DNA of 64,000 nt from Minisyncoccota bacterium. GTDB taxonomy: Bacteria; Patescibacteriota; Minisyncoccia; Phycocordibacterales; CALRHW01. Shown piece by piece: positions 20,457-29,935 of the stretch (the first letter of the stretch is position 1; each line of letters starts with the position of its first letter). Location of the stretch: positions 2,411 through 66,410 of the forward strand of contig JAXLZT010000001.1 of the NCBI GenBank assembly GCA_046350795.1, in the 5' to 3' direction. Under the pieces are notes generated by a model. The model saw only the letters and a program-made list of their open reading frames with translations. It ran no database searches and was not told the DNA's origin. The position numbers and the translations under genes are program-made.

Positions 20457-21482
20457 TTAAATAAACTGGCCAGATTTCACCACATGATCTACGAGCGTAT
20501 GGGTATACCCCATTTCGTTGTCATACCATGCAAGTACTTTTACAAGATTTCCGCCCACTACACGTGTAAAAGAAAGATCTGCGATAGACGCAAAACGACT
20601 TCCCTTTATGTCAGATGATACCAACTGTTCTTCTGTGACAGAAAATATATTTACCCAACGTTCATCCTTTGAAGCTTTTTTCAAAATTTCATTTACTTCT
20701 TCTTTTGTTGTATCGCGCTTGGCAATAAAAGTAATGTCTGCAATAGAACCCACCACAACAGGAACACGCATAGATATACCATCAAACTTTCCTACAAGCT
20801 CAGGAAAAGCTTTTGTTACAGCAATAGCTGCACCAGTAGATGATGGCACTATGTTTTGTGCAGCAGATCTACCTTCACGAAAATCTTTTTTATTTGGACC
20901 ATCGACTATAGACTGACTCGCTGTATAAGCATGCACTGTGTTTAGCATTGCTTTTTCTATACCTATAGCTTCATGCAAGATTGCAATAAGAGGACTCGCT
21001 GAGTTTGTAGTACAAGAAGCGTTTGAAGTAACAACACAGCTAGCAAACTTGTCTTCGTTGATACCCATTAAAATAGTAGCGCCATCTGCAGGAGCTTCGT
21101 CTTTTGCAGGAGCACTAATCACTACACGTTTTGCGCCAGCAGTGATATGCACCTTTGCACTTTCAAAAGAAGTGAAAAGTCCTGTTGACTCCACCACAAC
21201 ATCAACACCCAAATCTCCCCAAGGCAAAGCCGCTGGTTCTTTTTCACTAAAATACTTTACTGTCTTTCCATCAACCAACAAAGATTTTTTATCTTCAGCA
21301 ACAGAAACATCAAAAGGAGTCACACCATAAGCAGTGTCGTACTTTAGTAAATAAGCAATGTTGTCTATGTTGCCGAGATCATTTACAGCAACGACTTCCA
21401 AATCCTTTCTACCATGAGCTACTTTTATAAATGCTCGCCCTATTCGCCCCGCACCATTTATCGCAACTTTTATTTTTTTCAT
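20457..21482 (-). CDS. gap: glyceraldehyde-3-phosphate dehydrogenase
   Basis: INGAGRIGR, SNASCTTN, WYDNE. Confidence 0.97.
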   Translation of the reverse strand: MKKIKVAINGAGRIGRAFIKVAHGRKDLEVVAVNDLGNIDNIAYLLKYDTAYGVTPFDVSVAEDKKSLLVDGKTVKYFSEKEPAALPWGDLGVDVVVESTGLFTSFESAKVHITAGAKRVVISAPAKDEAPADGATILMGINEDKFASCVVTSNASCTTNSASPLIAILHEAIGIEKAMLNTVHAYTASQSIVDGPNKKDFREGRSAAQNIVPSSTGAAIAVTKAFPELVGKFDGISMRVPVVVGSIADITFIAKRDTTKEEVNEILKKASKDERWVNIFSVTEEQLVSSDIKGSRFASIADLSFTRVVGGNLVKVLAWYDNEMGYTHTLVDHVVKSGQFI

Positions 21483-21528
21483 TAATAAATATTCTTAATC
21501 TATAAGTGCTCTTAATTATATAACATTA

Positions 21529-22548
21529 TTACTCTATAGACATTGGCTCTGATTTTTTCTCTTCTTTCTTTCCATGAGAATGTCCATCTACTTCGTAGCT
21601 AGTGTTTTGTGCTTCAAAGAAATTTACAAGCTCATACACGTCTGTAGCTGTACTCATCCACTTTGCTGGATTTGTAACATTGTAATGCTTTGGCAAACCG
21701 AGCTCTTCGAGTCGGCGATCAGCTACATATTGTACGTATTGATTTACATAGTCTGCGTTTAGACCAAGTATTCCACGAGGGAAAAGATCTTTGTTGTAAG
21801 CGACTTCCAAATCAACTCCTTCTATTACTATGTTTCTTATTTCGTTTGCAAACTCTTCTGTGAGAAGCGCCTGATTTTCTTCCAAAATATTGTGAATTAG
21901 ATTTATTCCAAACTGTAGATGAAGACTCTCATCGCGAAGAACCCAATTTATCATTGAACCAAAATTGCGAAGCTGATTGCGCTGACGGAAAGAAAGGGCA
22001 ACCATAAATCCACTGTAAAACCAAATGCCTTCCATCACTATGTTTGTAGCAACAAGATTTCTAATGAAGTCTTTTTTTCCTTCTACAGTAGATATATCAA
22101 GAGTATCTTCTGTCATCCTCTTCATGTATTTTCCGATATAAGCTTCTTTTGCAAGCATTGAAGGCACCTGTAGATGAAGATCGAAAATCTTTTCTCGATC
22201 AAAAGGGAAAGTTTCAAGAACGTACTCAAAAGCTACACAATGATTTGCTTCTTCCCACATTTGCTTTGCGAGATACAAATGACATTCTGGAGATTTGAGG
22301 TAAGGATAAATACCGAGAGCGATAGATCTGTTGACTATGAGTTCGGCTGGATTAAAGAACGCCATTAAAAATTTAACAGCGTGTCTTTCATCTTCTGTCA
22401 TTTTTTCCCAATCTTCCAAATCTTCTTTAAGAGCGATTTCATGTGGAAACCATGTATTTCTTACTGCTTGATTATATAGATCGTATGCCCACTTATAATT
22501 TAGTGGATGCAAATTCATATCTTCTGGTGAGGCTTTTCCTATGAGCAT
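21529..22548 (-). CDS. nrdB: ribonucleotide reductase beta subunit, class Ic-like (R2c)
   Basis: EEANH, EGIWFYSGF, RDESLH, NFFE; Phe at the radical-Tyr position. Confidence 0.93.
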   Translation of the reverse strand: MLIGKASPEDMNLHPLNYKWAYDLYNQAVRNTWFPHEIALKEDLEDWEKMTEDERHAVKFLMAFFNPAELIVNRSIALGIYPYLKSPECHLYLAKQMWEEANHCVAFEYVLETFPFDREKIFDLHLQVPSMLAKEAYIGKYMKRMTEDTLDISTVEGKKDFIRNLVATNIVMEGIWFYSGFMVALSFRQRNQLRNFGSMINWVLRDESLHLQFGINLIHNILEENQALLTEEFANEIRNIVIEGVDLEVAYNKDLFPRGILGLNADYVNQYVQYVADRRLEELGLPKHYNVTNPAKWMSTATDVYELVNFFEAQNTSYEVDGHSHGKKEEKKSEPMSIE

Positions 22549-22575
22549 ATTTTATTTTTATTATCGTTCTTGTAA

Positions 22576-25230
22576 TTACTGACAACTATCACAAACATTT
22601 GCTTCTGAAGGATCTTCTGGCATATGCACTTTATATTCCTTCTTCATCTCTACATGACTCGATGGTGGTGTAAAAGATGTTGGTGTAGAAGACGCGACGG
22701 AAGCAAATCCTTTCATTTCTACTTTTGGTGTTTGTACATTTTGAGCTACAAAAGAAGGTTGCGCTGGAACTGTTTCTAGTGGTAAAGGAGAAGTCACCGC
22801 ACCCACAGCAGCAAAAGCGGGAGTAGAGAGTGGTGACGCAGCTTTCATAGAGGAAACACCAGCAAATCCAACCTTTCCTATTTTCTGTGCTTTATTTACA
22901 GACACGGTGCTCTGTTCGGCAGTATGACGAGGCTTCATGTGTAGATAGTAAGTAGTCTTTACTCCCTTTTCCCAAGCACTCATGTAAATATTTATAGTCT
23001 CATCAATATCTCTAGTCTCTAGATACATATTTCTAGACAGAGCTTGATCAATCCACTTTTGAGCACGAGCTGCGACTTCTACATAAGCATAAGGAGAAGT
23101 TGTAAATGATGTTTTGTAAATATCTTTTATGTGCTGAGGTATTTGCTCTATTTGAGAAATATCTCCCTGGTTTTCGATAATCAAAGCTCTTGTCTGCTCC
23201 CAAATACCCATGTTCTTTAAATCTTTCACAAGATTGTGATTCAAATCCAAATATTTTCCTGAAATTTTATTTCTAGAAAAAACCTGCGCAAAACGTGGAT
23301 CAATACCAGGAGTAGTAGCTGCAACCAATCCAATATTTGCGTTTGGAGCGACAGCCATCAAGGTAGCGTTTCTGATTCCGTTTTTCACTTTTGCTCGTAG
23401 CACGTCCCAATTTAATCCTTTGTGTTTACTTTCTTTTGAAACAGTCAGTGGTATTCCTCTATCAGCTTCAAGTGTTTGCAATGTATCAAAAGGAACTTTT
23501 CCTTTTGACCATTCTGATCCTGCAAAATTTGTATAACTTCCCCTCTCTTGAGCAAGATTTGCGCTTTCATCTATCGCCATGTAGCTAATGAATTCAAAAA
23601 TCCTGTCAGCAAAATCCCAAGCATGAGGGCTGTCATATGACATGCCGAGTTTTTCTATCGTATCTGAAAAGCCCATGACACCGAGACCCACAGCTCTATT
23701 TTCTCTATCTGATTTTACAGCTTCAGGTATAGGGAGCTCGTTTATATCAATCAAATTGTCTAACTGTCGCACAGCGAGGCGAATACTGTCTTCCAATTTT
23801 CCCCAATTTACCTCTTTGTTTTTTACGTGAGCAGCTAGATTTAGAGAAGCTAGATTACATACAGCTACATTGTCTTTGTCTTGAGGTAGACAAATCTCAG
23901 TACAGAGATTGGACATATGGATAGTGCCGGTATTGTTGTTTAAAGCACGCAAATTTATAGGATCTTTCCAAGTCAACCAAGGGTGAGATGTTGTTTGCAA
24001 AGCAACGAGGATTTGTCTGAATTGTTCTCTAGCTGGAACCTTTTTGAAAGTTCGAAGCTTACCAGCATTCGCCATCTCTATGTATTCTGCATATCTCTTT
24101 GCAAATTTTTGTCCGTAAAGCTCGTTTAAATCTGGAGTTTCTTTTGGATCAAACATATACCAATCTTCACTTGCCTTCACACGACGCATAAATTCATCAG
24201 AAAGAAACGCAGCGGTATTTGCAGTACGCATTCTCATGTAATCATCTCCAGCGTTGTGTTTCCAATCAATAAATTCTGGAAAATCAAGATGCCAATTTTC
24301 CATATAGAAACAAAGTGCTCCCTTCTTTTTACCTCCTCTTTGAATAGCACGGATAGCTGTATCGATAATTTTTGCAAAAGGTGTAGGACCTGTAGATGTG
24401 CCGTTGTTTGAAAGCAAAGGAGAACCCGCTGCGCGAAGTTTTGTCATTGACGCACCAATACCTCCAGAGCCTTTTGACAACTTCATTACATCAGAAACTG
24501 ATTTTGCAATATGATCCATGTCGTCGTGGATTTCAAGCAAGAAACAATTTGAAAGAGATGGTCGAGTAGTACCTGCACCCAAGTTTGTTGATCCTCCCGC
24601 AAGATATTCGAGCTTAGACATTTTGTTGTAAAACTTTTTTGCTTGCTCAGTCGGATCTTTTTCGTTGTAAGAAAGTCCCATCGCAACTCTCATGAAAAAA
24701 TATTGCGGGGTCTCGCGAGGGGTTTGATCTAAATTTTTTAAAGCATATCTGTTGAGCAAACTAGAAAGTCCTGCGTATTGAAAAAATTCATCACGTTCAA
24801 TATGAAGTGCGTCTGCTATTTCTTCAAGACGAAACTTCTCAATCATATTTTTATGAAGTTTTCCTTCTTCTACTCCTTTTTTTATAAAAGAAATGAAGGT
24901 TTGCTTGTGTCTTCTTTCCAAATCCGCATCATCATCCTTATCAAACTCACCAATCACCTTTCGGTAGACAGTTTTTAGCAAAAGTCTTGTTGCAACCTTG
25001 TCATAATCAGTGTCTTCTTTGACGTTTTGTAGTGCAGCATTGATAGTAGCCTGATCTATTTCTTCTGTTGTGATGCCATCATATAAAGTGAGACGAGTTT
25101 CTGTTGCAATCTGAGTCACCATTCCTATCGGATCAAGCATTCCCTTACAAGCTCGCTCGATTGATCTATTTATTTTATCTGCATTAAAAGATTCGTGGGC
25201 TCCGTCTCTCTTTTTTATTGTGATGCTCAT
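22576..25230 (-). CDS. nrdA: ribonucleotide reductase alpha subunit with ATP cone
   Basis: IKKRDG ATP cone, SNCF, SNLCTEI, KTTYY, C-terminal CDSCQ. Confidence 0.96.
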   Translation of the reverse strand: MSITIKKRDGAHESFNADKINRSIERACKGMLDPIGMVTQIATETRLTLYDGITTEEIDQATINAALQNVKEDTDYDKVATRLLLKTVYRKVIGEFDKDDDADLERRHKQTFISFIKKGVEEGKLHKNMIEKFRLEEIADALHIERDEFFQYAGLSSLLNRYALKNLDQTPRETPQYFFMRVAMGLSYNEKDPTEQAKKFYNKMSKLEYLAGGSTNLGAGTTRPSLSNCFLLEIHDDMDHIAKSVSDVMKLSKGSGGIGASMTKLRAAGSPLLSNNGTSTGPTPFAKIIDTAIRAIQRGGKKKGALCFYMENWHLDFPEFIDWKHNAGDDYMRMRTANTAAFLSDEFMRRVKASEDWYMFDPKETPDLNELYGQKFAKRYAEYIEMANAGKLRTFKKVPAREQFRQILVALQTTSHPWLTWKDPINLRALNNNTGTIHMSNLCTEICLPQDKDNVAVCNLASLNLAAHVKNKEVNWGKLEDSIRLAVRQLDNLIDINELPIPEAVKSDRENRAVGLGVMGFSDTIEKLGMSYDSPHAWDFADRIFEFISYMAIDESANLAQERGSYTNFAGSEWSKGKVPFDTLQTLEADRGIPLTVSKESKHKGLNWDVLRAKVKNGIRNATLMAVAPNANIGLVAATTPGIDPRFAQVFSRNKISGKYLDLNHNLVKDLKNMGIWEQTRALIIENQGDISQIEQIPQHIKDIYKTSFTTSPYAYVEVAARAQKWIDQALSRNMYLETRDIDETINIYMSAWEKGVKTTYYLHMKPRHTAEQSTVSVNKAQKIGKVGFAGVSSMKAASPLSTPAFAAVGAVTSPLPLETVPAQPSFVAQNVQTPKVEMKGFASVASSTPTSFTPPSSHVEMKKEYKVHMPEDPSEANVCDSCQ

Positions 25231-25473
25231 GGTTTTTTGATTCGTTAATACAGTTGTAAAAGTTTGTCATATCATTTTACATTAAAAAAGTAGTCACCAG
25301 AACAGTGGATAAGCCTATTTTTGGTGGTTAGATAATAGAAAAACGGCAACGTAAAGATGGCTCTTAAATGAGCCTTATATAACAAAACAAAATGACAGAT
25401 TTTTGAAGAAAAAATAAAGAAAAAATAAAAAAATAACCGGTTTTTGTAAGAAAAAGTGAAAAAATTAATGAAA

Positions 25474-25503
25474 AGGGGGCGAGTCCTGCTAAACTCGCTC
25501 CCT
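25474..25503 (-). terminator. intrinsic terminator after desaturase
   Basis: AGGGGGCGAGT/ACTCGCTCCCT stem; T-run follows on the minus strand. Confidence 0.65.
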
Positions 25504-25539
25504 GTGGCAATTCATTGGCGCAATTTCCCGCGCACGCAT

Positions 25540-26502
25540 TTAGATTGATGTCTTAGCGATCTTTCGATCTGGTGTTTTTACATTCCACACGAGTCCCAAC
25601 AAACGGAAGGTGCAGATGATGTAATAACTCGGATCGATTTCCCACCAACGATGTTGCACCGTGGCAGATACCTGATCGTAGTGATGGTTGTTGTGCCAAC
25701 CCTCACCACCAGTAATGATCGCAACCCACCAACTATTGCGTGACTCATCTTTTGACTTGTAGTTTTGGTAACCCCACATGTGTGTCGCCGAATTGACGAG
25801 CCAAGTGGAGTTCCAAAAAAACACAGTCCTCACCGCAACACCCCAAACAACGAAGCTGAGTGCCGTCTGGTAAGCTTTGGTGATGCCGTCTTGCGCAAAA
25901 CCAATAACAAAACCGACAGCAAAGATGACGATGGCGTGCAAGAGCCACACCAAAAGCCAACGGTTGTGCCTGTGCATCCACACGTGGAAAGGATCTCTCT
26001 GCAAATCTCTGGTGTTTTGGTACACTGCCTCTCCCTCAATCGCCTTATTGAAAAAGAGGAGCCAACCAATGTGAGACCACAAGAAATTTACTAGTGGCGT
26101 ATGCGGATCGGGTTGTGTGTCGGAATGATGATGATGCCTGCGATGTACAGACACCCACCAAAGACTCGAACCTTCAAGGTTGCAGAAAGCGAGCATTGTG
26201 AGAAGTCGCTCAAACCACCTTGAACATTCAAAACTACGGTGAGTGAGTAGACGGTGGTAGCAGATGCCGATGCCACACCAACCAATGGGCACGATCAGCG
26301 CAAACATCAAGGCAAGAGCCGAGCCAGAAAAAAAACTCGGCACCAATCCGCACAGCGCAAGTACACCACCCACAACAACAAACAAGTGCAGTGAGATGAT
26401 GAAGATCGCGCTTACCCAGTTGGGTGATATCACACCCTCAGGTATCTGTAGTGGATCCACGTTAGAGGGATCACGCACAGAATCAGCTTTAATAACACTC
26501 AT
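25540..26502 (-). CDS. delta-9-type acyl-lipid/acyl-CoA fatty acid desaturase (unit 4)
   Basis: His boxes HRLLTH, HRRHHH, HNNHH; AAGGAG SD before ATG 26502; GC higher than flanks. Confidence 0.92.
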   Translation of the reverse strand: MSVIKADSVRDPSNVDPLQIPEGVISPNWVSAIFIISLHLFVVVGGVLALCGLVPSFFSGSALALMFALIVPIGWCGIGICYHRLLTHRSFECSRWFERLLTMLAFCNLEGSSLWWVSVHRRHHHHSDTQPDPHTPLVNFLWSHIGWLLFFNKAIEGEAVYQNTRDLQRDPFHVWMHRHNRWLLVWLLHAIVIFAVGFVIGFAQDGITKAYQTALSFVVWGVAVRTVFFWNSTWLVNSATHMWGYQNYKSKDESRNSWWVAIITGGEGWHNNHHYDQVSATVQHRWWEIDPSYYIICTFRLLGLVWNVKTPDRKIAKTSI

Positions 26503-26556
26503 GGTGATCGTCTCCTTGGATAGATCTAAGAGGAAATGGAAGGAACGCAAACTATA

Positions 26557-27000
26557 CTATAGCACAACCCTGTCTCCCACCTTTATCTTATTTTTTTCTA
26601 CAAAACCAGAATTAACTTCCAAAACATACATGGCTTCTTTTGGTGGAATAAATATCTCAGGAAAAGATTCTGGCTTTGCGTCTTCTTTTATATAAATAAC
26701 GTGGAAATTTTCATCAATCCAGACTATATCTATCGGAAATTTCATATCTTTCATCCAAATACCGGCTAATTGAGGCTTTTCAAATACAAAAAACAAACCA
26801 GAGTCAGGAGGCAAAGAGTCACGACCAGACAAACCGTGCATTCTTTTTTCTTCTGTATCTACCTTCTCTATATTTATGTAAACACCTCCTATAGAAAATC
26901 CGTTGACTGGAGCAAGAGTCGCCTTTTTGTAATAGAAAAAACAAAAAAGCAAAATTAGAAAAATAGAAACGGCAAGAAAAACACTTTTTTTATTTTTCAT
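26557..27000 (-). CDS. DUF192 family protein
   Basis: GLSGR, GLFFVF, WMKDMKFPIDIVWI, YVLEVNSG. Confidence 0.85.
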   Translation of the reverse strand: MKNKKSVFLAVSIFLILLFCFFYYKKATLAPVNGFSIGGVYINIEKVDTEEKRMHGLSGRDSLPPDSGLFFVFEKPQLAGIWMKDMKFPIDIVWIDENFHVIYIKEDAKPESFPEIFIPPKEAMYVLEVNSGFVEKNKIKVGDRVVL

Positions 27001-27361
27001 CTTTCTTTGGATCAAGAGTAAGACAAATAGAATTTATACAATATCTATGTCCGGTCTCTGTGGGACCATCTGGAAAGACATGTCCGAGATGTGCTCCACA
27101 TTTTTTACAAAGCACTTCGGTGCGAGTCATCCCCAGATCGTTGTCTTCACGTGTTTCAATATTTTCGTTTGAAATTACGCTATCAAAACTCGGCCAACCA
27201 GTGCCCGAATCAAACTTTGTATCGGAGGAAAAAAGTTCTGTACCACAAGACGCGCATTTGTAGGTGCCTTTTTCTTTTGAGTTCCAATATTTTCCAGAAA
27301 AAGGAGCTTCTGTCCCCTTTTCCCACATTACTTTCTTTTGTTCTGGAGTTAGATCTTCCAT
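26990..27361 (-). CDS. msrB: peptide-methionine (R)-S-oxide reductase
   Basis: GTEAPFSG, GWPSF, HLGHVFPDGP, RYCINS. Confidence 0.96.
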   Translation of the reverse strand: MEDLTPEQKKVMWEKGTEAPFSGKYWNSKEKGTYKCASCGTELFSSDTKFDSGTGWPSFDSVISNENIETREDNDLGMTRTEVLCKKCGAHLGHVFPDGPTETGHRYCINSICLTLDPKKDEK

Positions 27362-27382
27362 AAAGATAATTATAGCAAAAAA

Positions 27383-27961
27383 TTATCTCCTATATCTAAA
27401 GCAATCAACCGTATGATCATTAATCATTCCTACCGCCTGCATAAAAGCGTAGCAAATAGTAGAGCCGACAAACTTAAATCCACGCGCTTTCATATCGGCG
27501 CTCATTGCATCAGACTCTACAGAACGAGATGGTAGATGTTTATGCGTCTTCCATTTATTTATTTTTGGCTTACCTCCCACAAACTGCCAAATATATTTAT
27601 CAAAAGTGCCAAACTCTTTTTGTATCTGCAAAAATTGCTGTGCGTTTGTGATAGTCGCGCGGATTTTTAGCTGATTGCGGATTATGCCGGCGTCTTTCAT
27701 TAGAGACGCGATTTTCTTTTCATTGTACCTGGCGATTTTCTTCGCATCAAAATTATTAAAAGCCTTACGAAAATTTTCTCGCTTTTTTAAAATAGTTAGC
27801 CACGATAGACCAGCCTGAAATGCATCTAGCACCACAGCTTCAAAAAGTTTTTGATCATCATGTACTGGCATACCCCATTCTGTATCATGGTATGCGCGAT
27901 ATATGGCGTCATCACTCACCCATCCGCAACGGATTTTTTGTTTTTGAAGAGTTTTTTTCAT
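27383..27961 (-). CDS. tag: DNA-3-methyladenine glycosylase I
   Basis: RCGW, YHDTEWG, QAGLSW, IIRNQLKI, GFKFVG, NDH; true start after tRNA-Ser. Confidence 0.93.
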   Translation of the reverse strand: MKKTLQKQKIRCGWVSDDAIYRAYHDTEWGMPVHDDQKLFEAVVLDAFQAGLSWLTILKKRENFRKAFNNFDAKKIARYNEKKIASLMKDAGIIRNQLKIRATITNAQQFLQIQKEFGTFDKYIWQFVGGKPKINKWKTHKHLPSRSVESDAMSADMKARGFKFVGSTICYAFMQAVGMINDHTVDCFRYRR

Positions 27962-27965
27962 TTCT

Positions 27966-28055
27966 TGGCGGAAAGAGAGGGATTCGAACCCTCGATACCC
28001 TTTCGGATATACCACCTTTCCAGGGTGGCCCATTCGACCGCTCTGGCATCTTTCC
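27966..28055 (-). tRNA. tRNA-Ser(GGA)
   Basis: Cloverleaf with long variable arm, CCACC-CTGGAAA-GGTGG anticodon arm, encoded CCA. Confidence 0.95.
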
Positions 28056-28076
28056 AATACTATATATAGAACAATA

Positions 28077-28976
28077 CTATACTCTGTCTTTCATCCCTCG
28101 CAAAATAGCAACGCGCTCGGCGACCGGTGGATGCGTCATGAAAAGTTTGCCAAGTGCGTGGGCGCGCGCGCCAAACGGATTGGAAATAAAAAGGTGCGCC
28201 GTCGCATTCGTAGCCCGACTCATTGGTGCGCGCGCGCCGGCAGAAGATATTTTTTCTAGCGCCGAAGCGAGACCTTCTGGATAGCGAGTGAGCAATGCAC
28301 CAGAAGCATCAGCAAGAAATTCACGCTTACGAGAAATAGCCAGCTGAATAAGCAAAGCCACAATCGGCGAAAGAATAGCCAATACTATTCCAATAAGCAT
28401 AATAATACCTCCACCATTATCACGATCACGGTTTCCACCTCCAAACATTCTCATTCTCAAAAACATATCCGAAAGAATAGATACAAAACCCACCAAAACC
28501 ACCACCACAGTAGAAAGCAACATGTCTCTATTTCCAATATGAGAAAGCTCGTGCGCAATGACACCTTCAAGCTCCGTGCGATCTAGTATTTGCAAAAGTC
28601 CACTAGTCACTGCCACCACAGCATGCTCTTTGTTGCGACCAGTAGCAAAAGCATTTGGGGATGCGTCTGAAATAATATAGAGCTTGGGCATTGGTAGACC
28701 AGCAGTAATAGAGAGATTTTCTACAATATTCCATAGCTCTCTATGCTCATCACGTGCCACCGGCACAGCTCGATACATTTTTAAAACAAGCTTGTCAGAA
28801 AACCAATACGCACCAATATTCATAGCTATACTGAAAAAGACTGCGAAATACAAAATACCAGGATTATTGTATGCGACACCAAAAAACCAACCGAAAGCTA
28901 TGATGACAACAAAAAATATTGCCATCAAAAACCAAGTCTTAAAAATATTGGCAGACTGATGTTTGTAGATATTCAT
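28077..28976 (-). CDS. htpX: zinc metalloprotease HtpX
   Basis: PNAFATG, HELSH, SRKREFLAD, THPP. Confidence 0.93.
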   Translation of the reverse strand: MNIYKHQSANIFKTWFLMAIFFVVIIAFGWFFGVAYNNPGILYFAVFFSIAMNIGAYWFSDKLVLKMYRAVPVARDEHRELWNIVENLSITAGLPMPKLYIISDASPNAFATGRNKEHAVVAVTSGLLQILDRTELEGVIAHELSHIGNRDMLLSTVVVVLVGFVSILSDMFLRMRMFGGGNRDRDNGGGIIMLIGIVLAILSPIVALLIQLAISRKREFLADASGALLTRYPEGLASALEKISSAGARAPMSRATNATAHLFISNPFGARAHALGKLFMTHPPVAERVAILRGMKDRV

Positions 28977-28988
28977 ATTTTTACCAAA

Positions 28989-29549
28989 CTAAAACTTCAC
29001 ATTTACTGGCTCTTGCGCAGGAGCATTGTCTGGCAGGTCAAAGAATTCCATTTTTGAAAACTTAAAAATACCCGCTACGATTTTGCCCGGGAAAGATTCT
29101 ACAGAAATATTAAGGTCACGTACATTTGTATTATAAAAACGTCGTGCTGCTTGGATTTTGTTTTCTGTATCTGAGAGCTCTCGCTGAAGCTCGAGAAAAT
29201 TGGTATTCGCTTTTAGATCTGGATACGCTTCGGCAACAGCAAAAACACTTTTAAGTGCATCTGTTAGCATATTTTCTGCCTTTCCCTTTTCTGCCAAACC
29301 ACCTGCTCCTGCACCGACACCCATCGCTGCTGCGCGCGCTTTTGTAACATTTTCAAAAGCATTACTTTCATGTGTTGCGTATCCCTTTACAGTATTTACT
29401 AGATTTGGGATGAGATCATATCGGCGTTTTAGCTGTACCTCTATATCAGACCAAGCCTCTTTTGCACGATTTACCAAACGGACAAAACTGTTGTAGGCAA
29501 ATACAAACCAAAGTGCAATAACCACCAAAATCAATATAGCTATAAACAT
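28989..29549 (-). CDS. lemA: LemA family protein
   Basis: QLKRRYDLIPNLV, EAYPDLKAN, RRFYN. Confidence 0.95.
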   Translation of the reverse strand: MFIAILILVVIALWFVFAYNSFVRLVNRAKEAWSDIEVQLKRRYDLIPNLVNTVKGYATHESNAFENVTKARAAAMGVGAGAGGLAEKGKAENMLTDALKSVFAVAEAYPDLKANTNFLELQRELSDTENKIQAARRFYNTNVRDLNISVESFPGKIVAGIFKFSKMEFFDLPDNAPAQEPVNVKF

Positions 29550-29649
29550 GGTTTTTTTGATTTATTATCTATTAGAAAGCAAATTATACCACAAAAAGCC
29601 CATATATAGAGTATTTGCATTATTTCCCCAAATTTGTATAATCTTTTAA

Positions 29650-29886
29650 ATGACAATTATTGCTTCTATATTACCGTATATACAGATAGCGTTATCTATA
29701 GTACTGATCGCTCTGGTACTACTACAGCGATCTGAAGCCGGCCTCGGTGGCGCCTTTGGCGGAGGAGATGGTTTTAGCTCTGGATTTCATACGCGAAGAG
29801 GTTTAGAAAAAACTCTATTTATAGGAACCATTGTCGTTGCTGGCTTATTTGTTGTTGCGTCTTTTCTCTCATTTTTCCTAAAATAA
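29650..29886 (+). CDS. secG: preprotein translocase subunit SecG
   Basis: VLLQRSEAGLGGAFGG...TRRGLEK, two TM helices. Confidence 0.9.
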   Translation: MTIIASILPYIQIALSIVLIALVLLQRSEAGLGGAFGGGDGFSSGFHTRRGLEKTLFIGTIVVAGLFVVASFLSFFLK

Positions 29887-29935
29887 TCTCTTAAAATTAA
29901 ACAAAACTTAAATTGTATTAGTTTGTCTATTCTAT

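Noticed and set aside
27962-28057. N-terminal extension of Tag in the ORF track
   Set aside because: It is read-through of tRNA-Ser; the real start is 27961.
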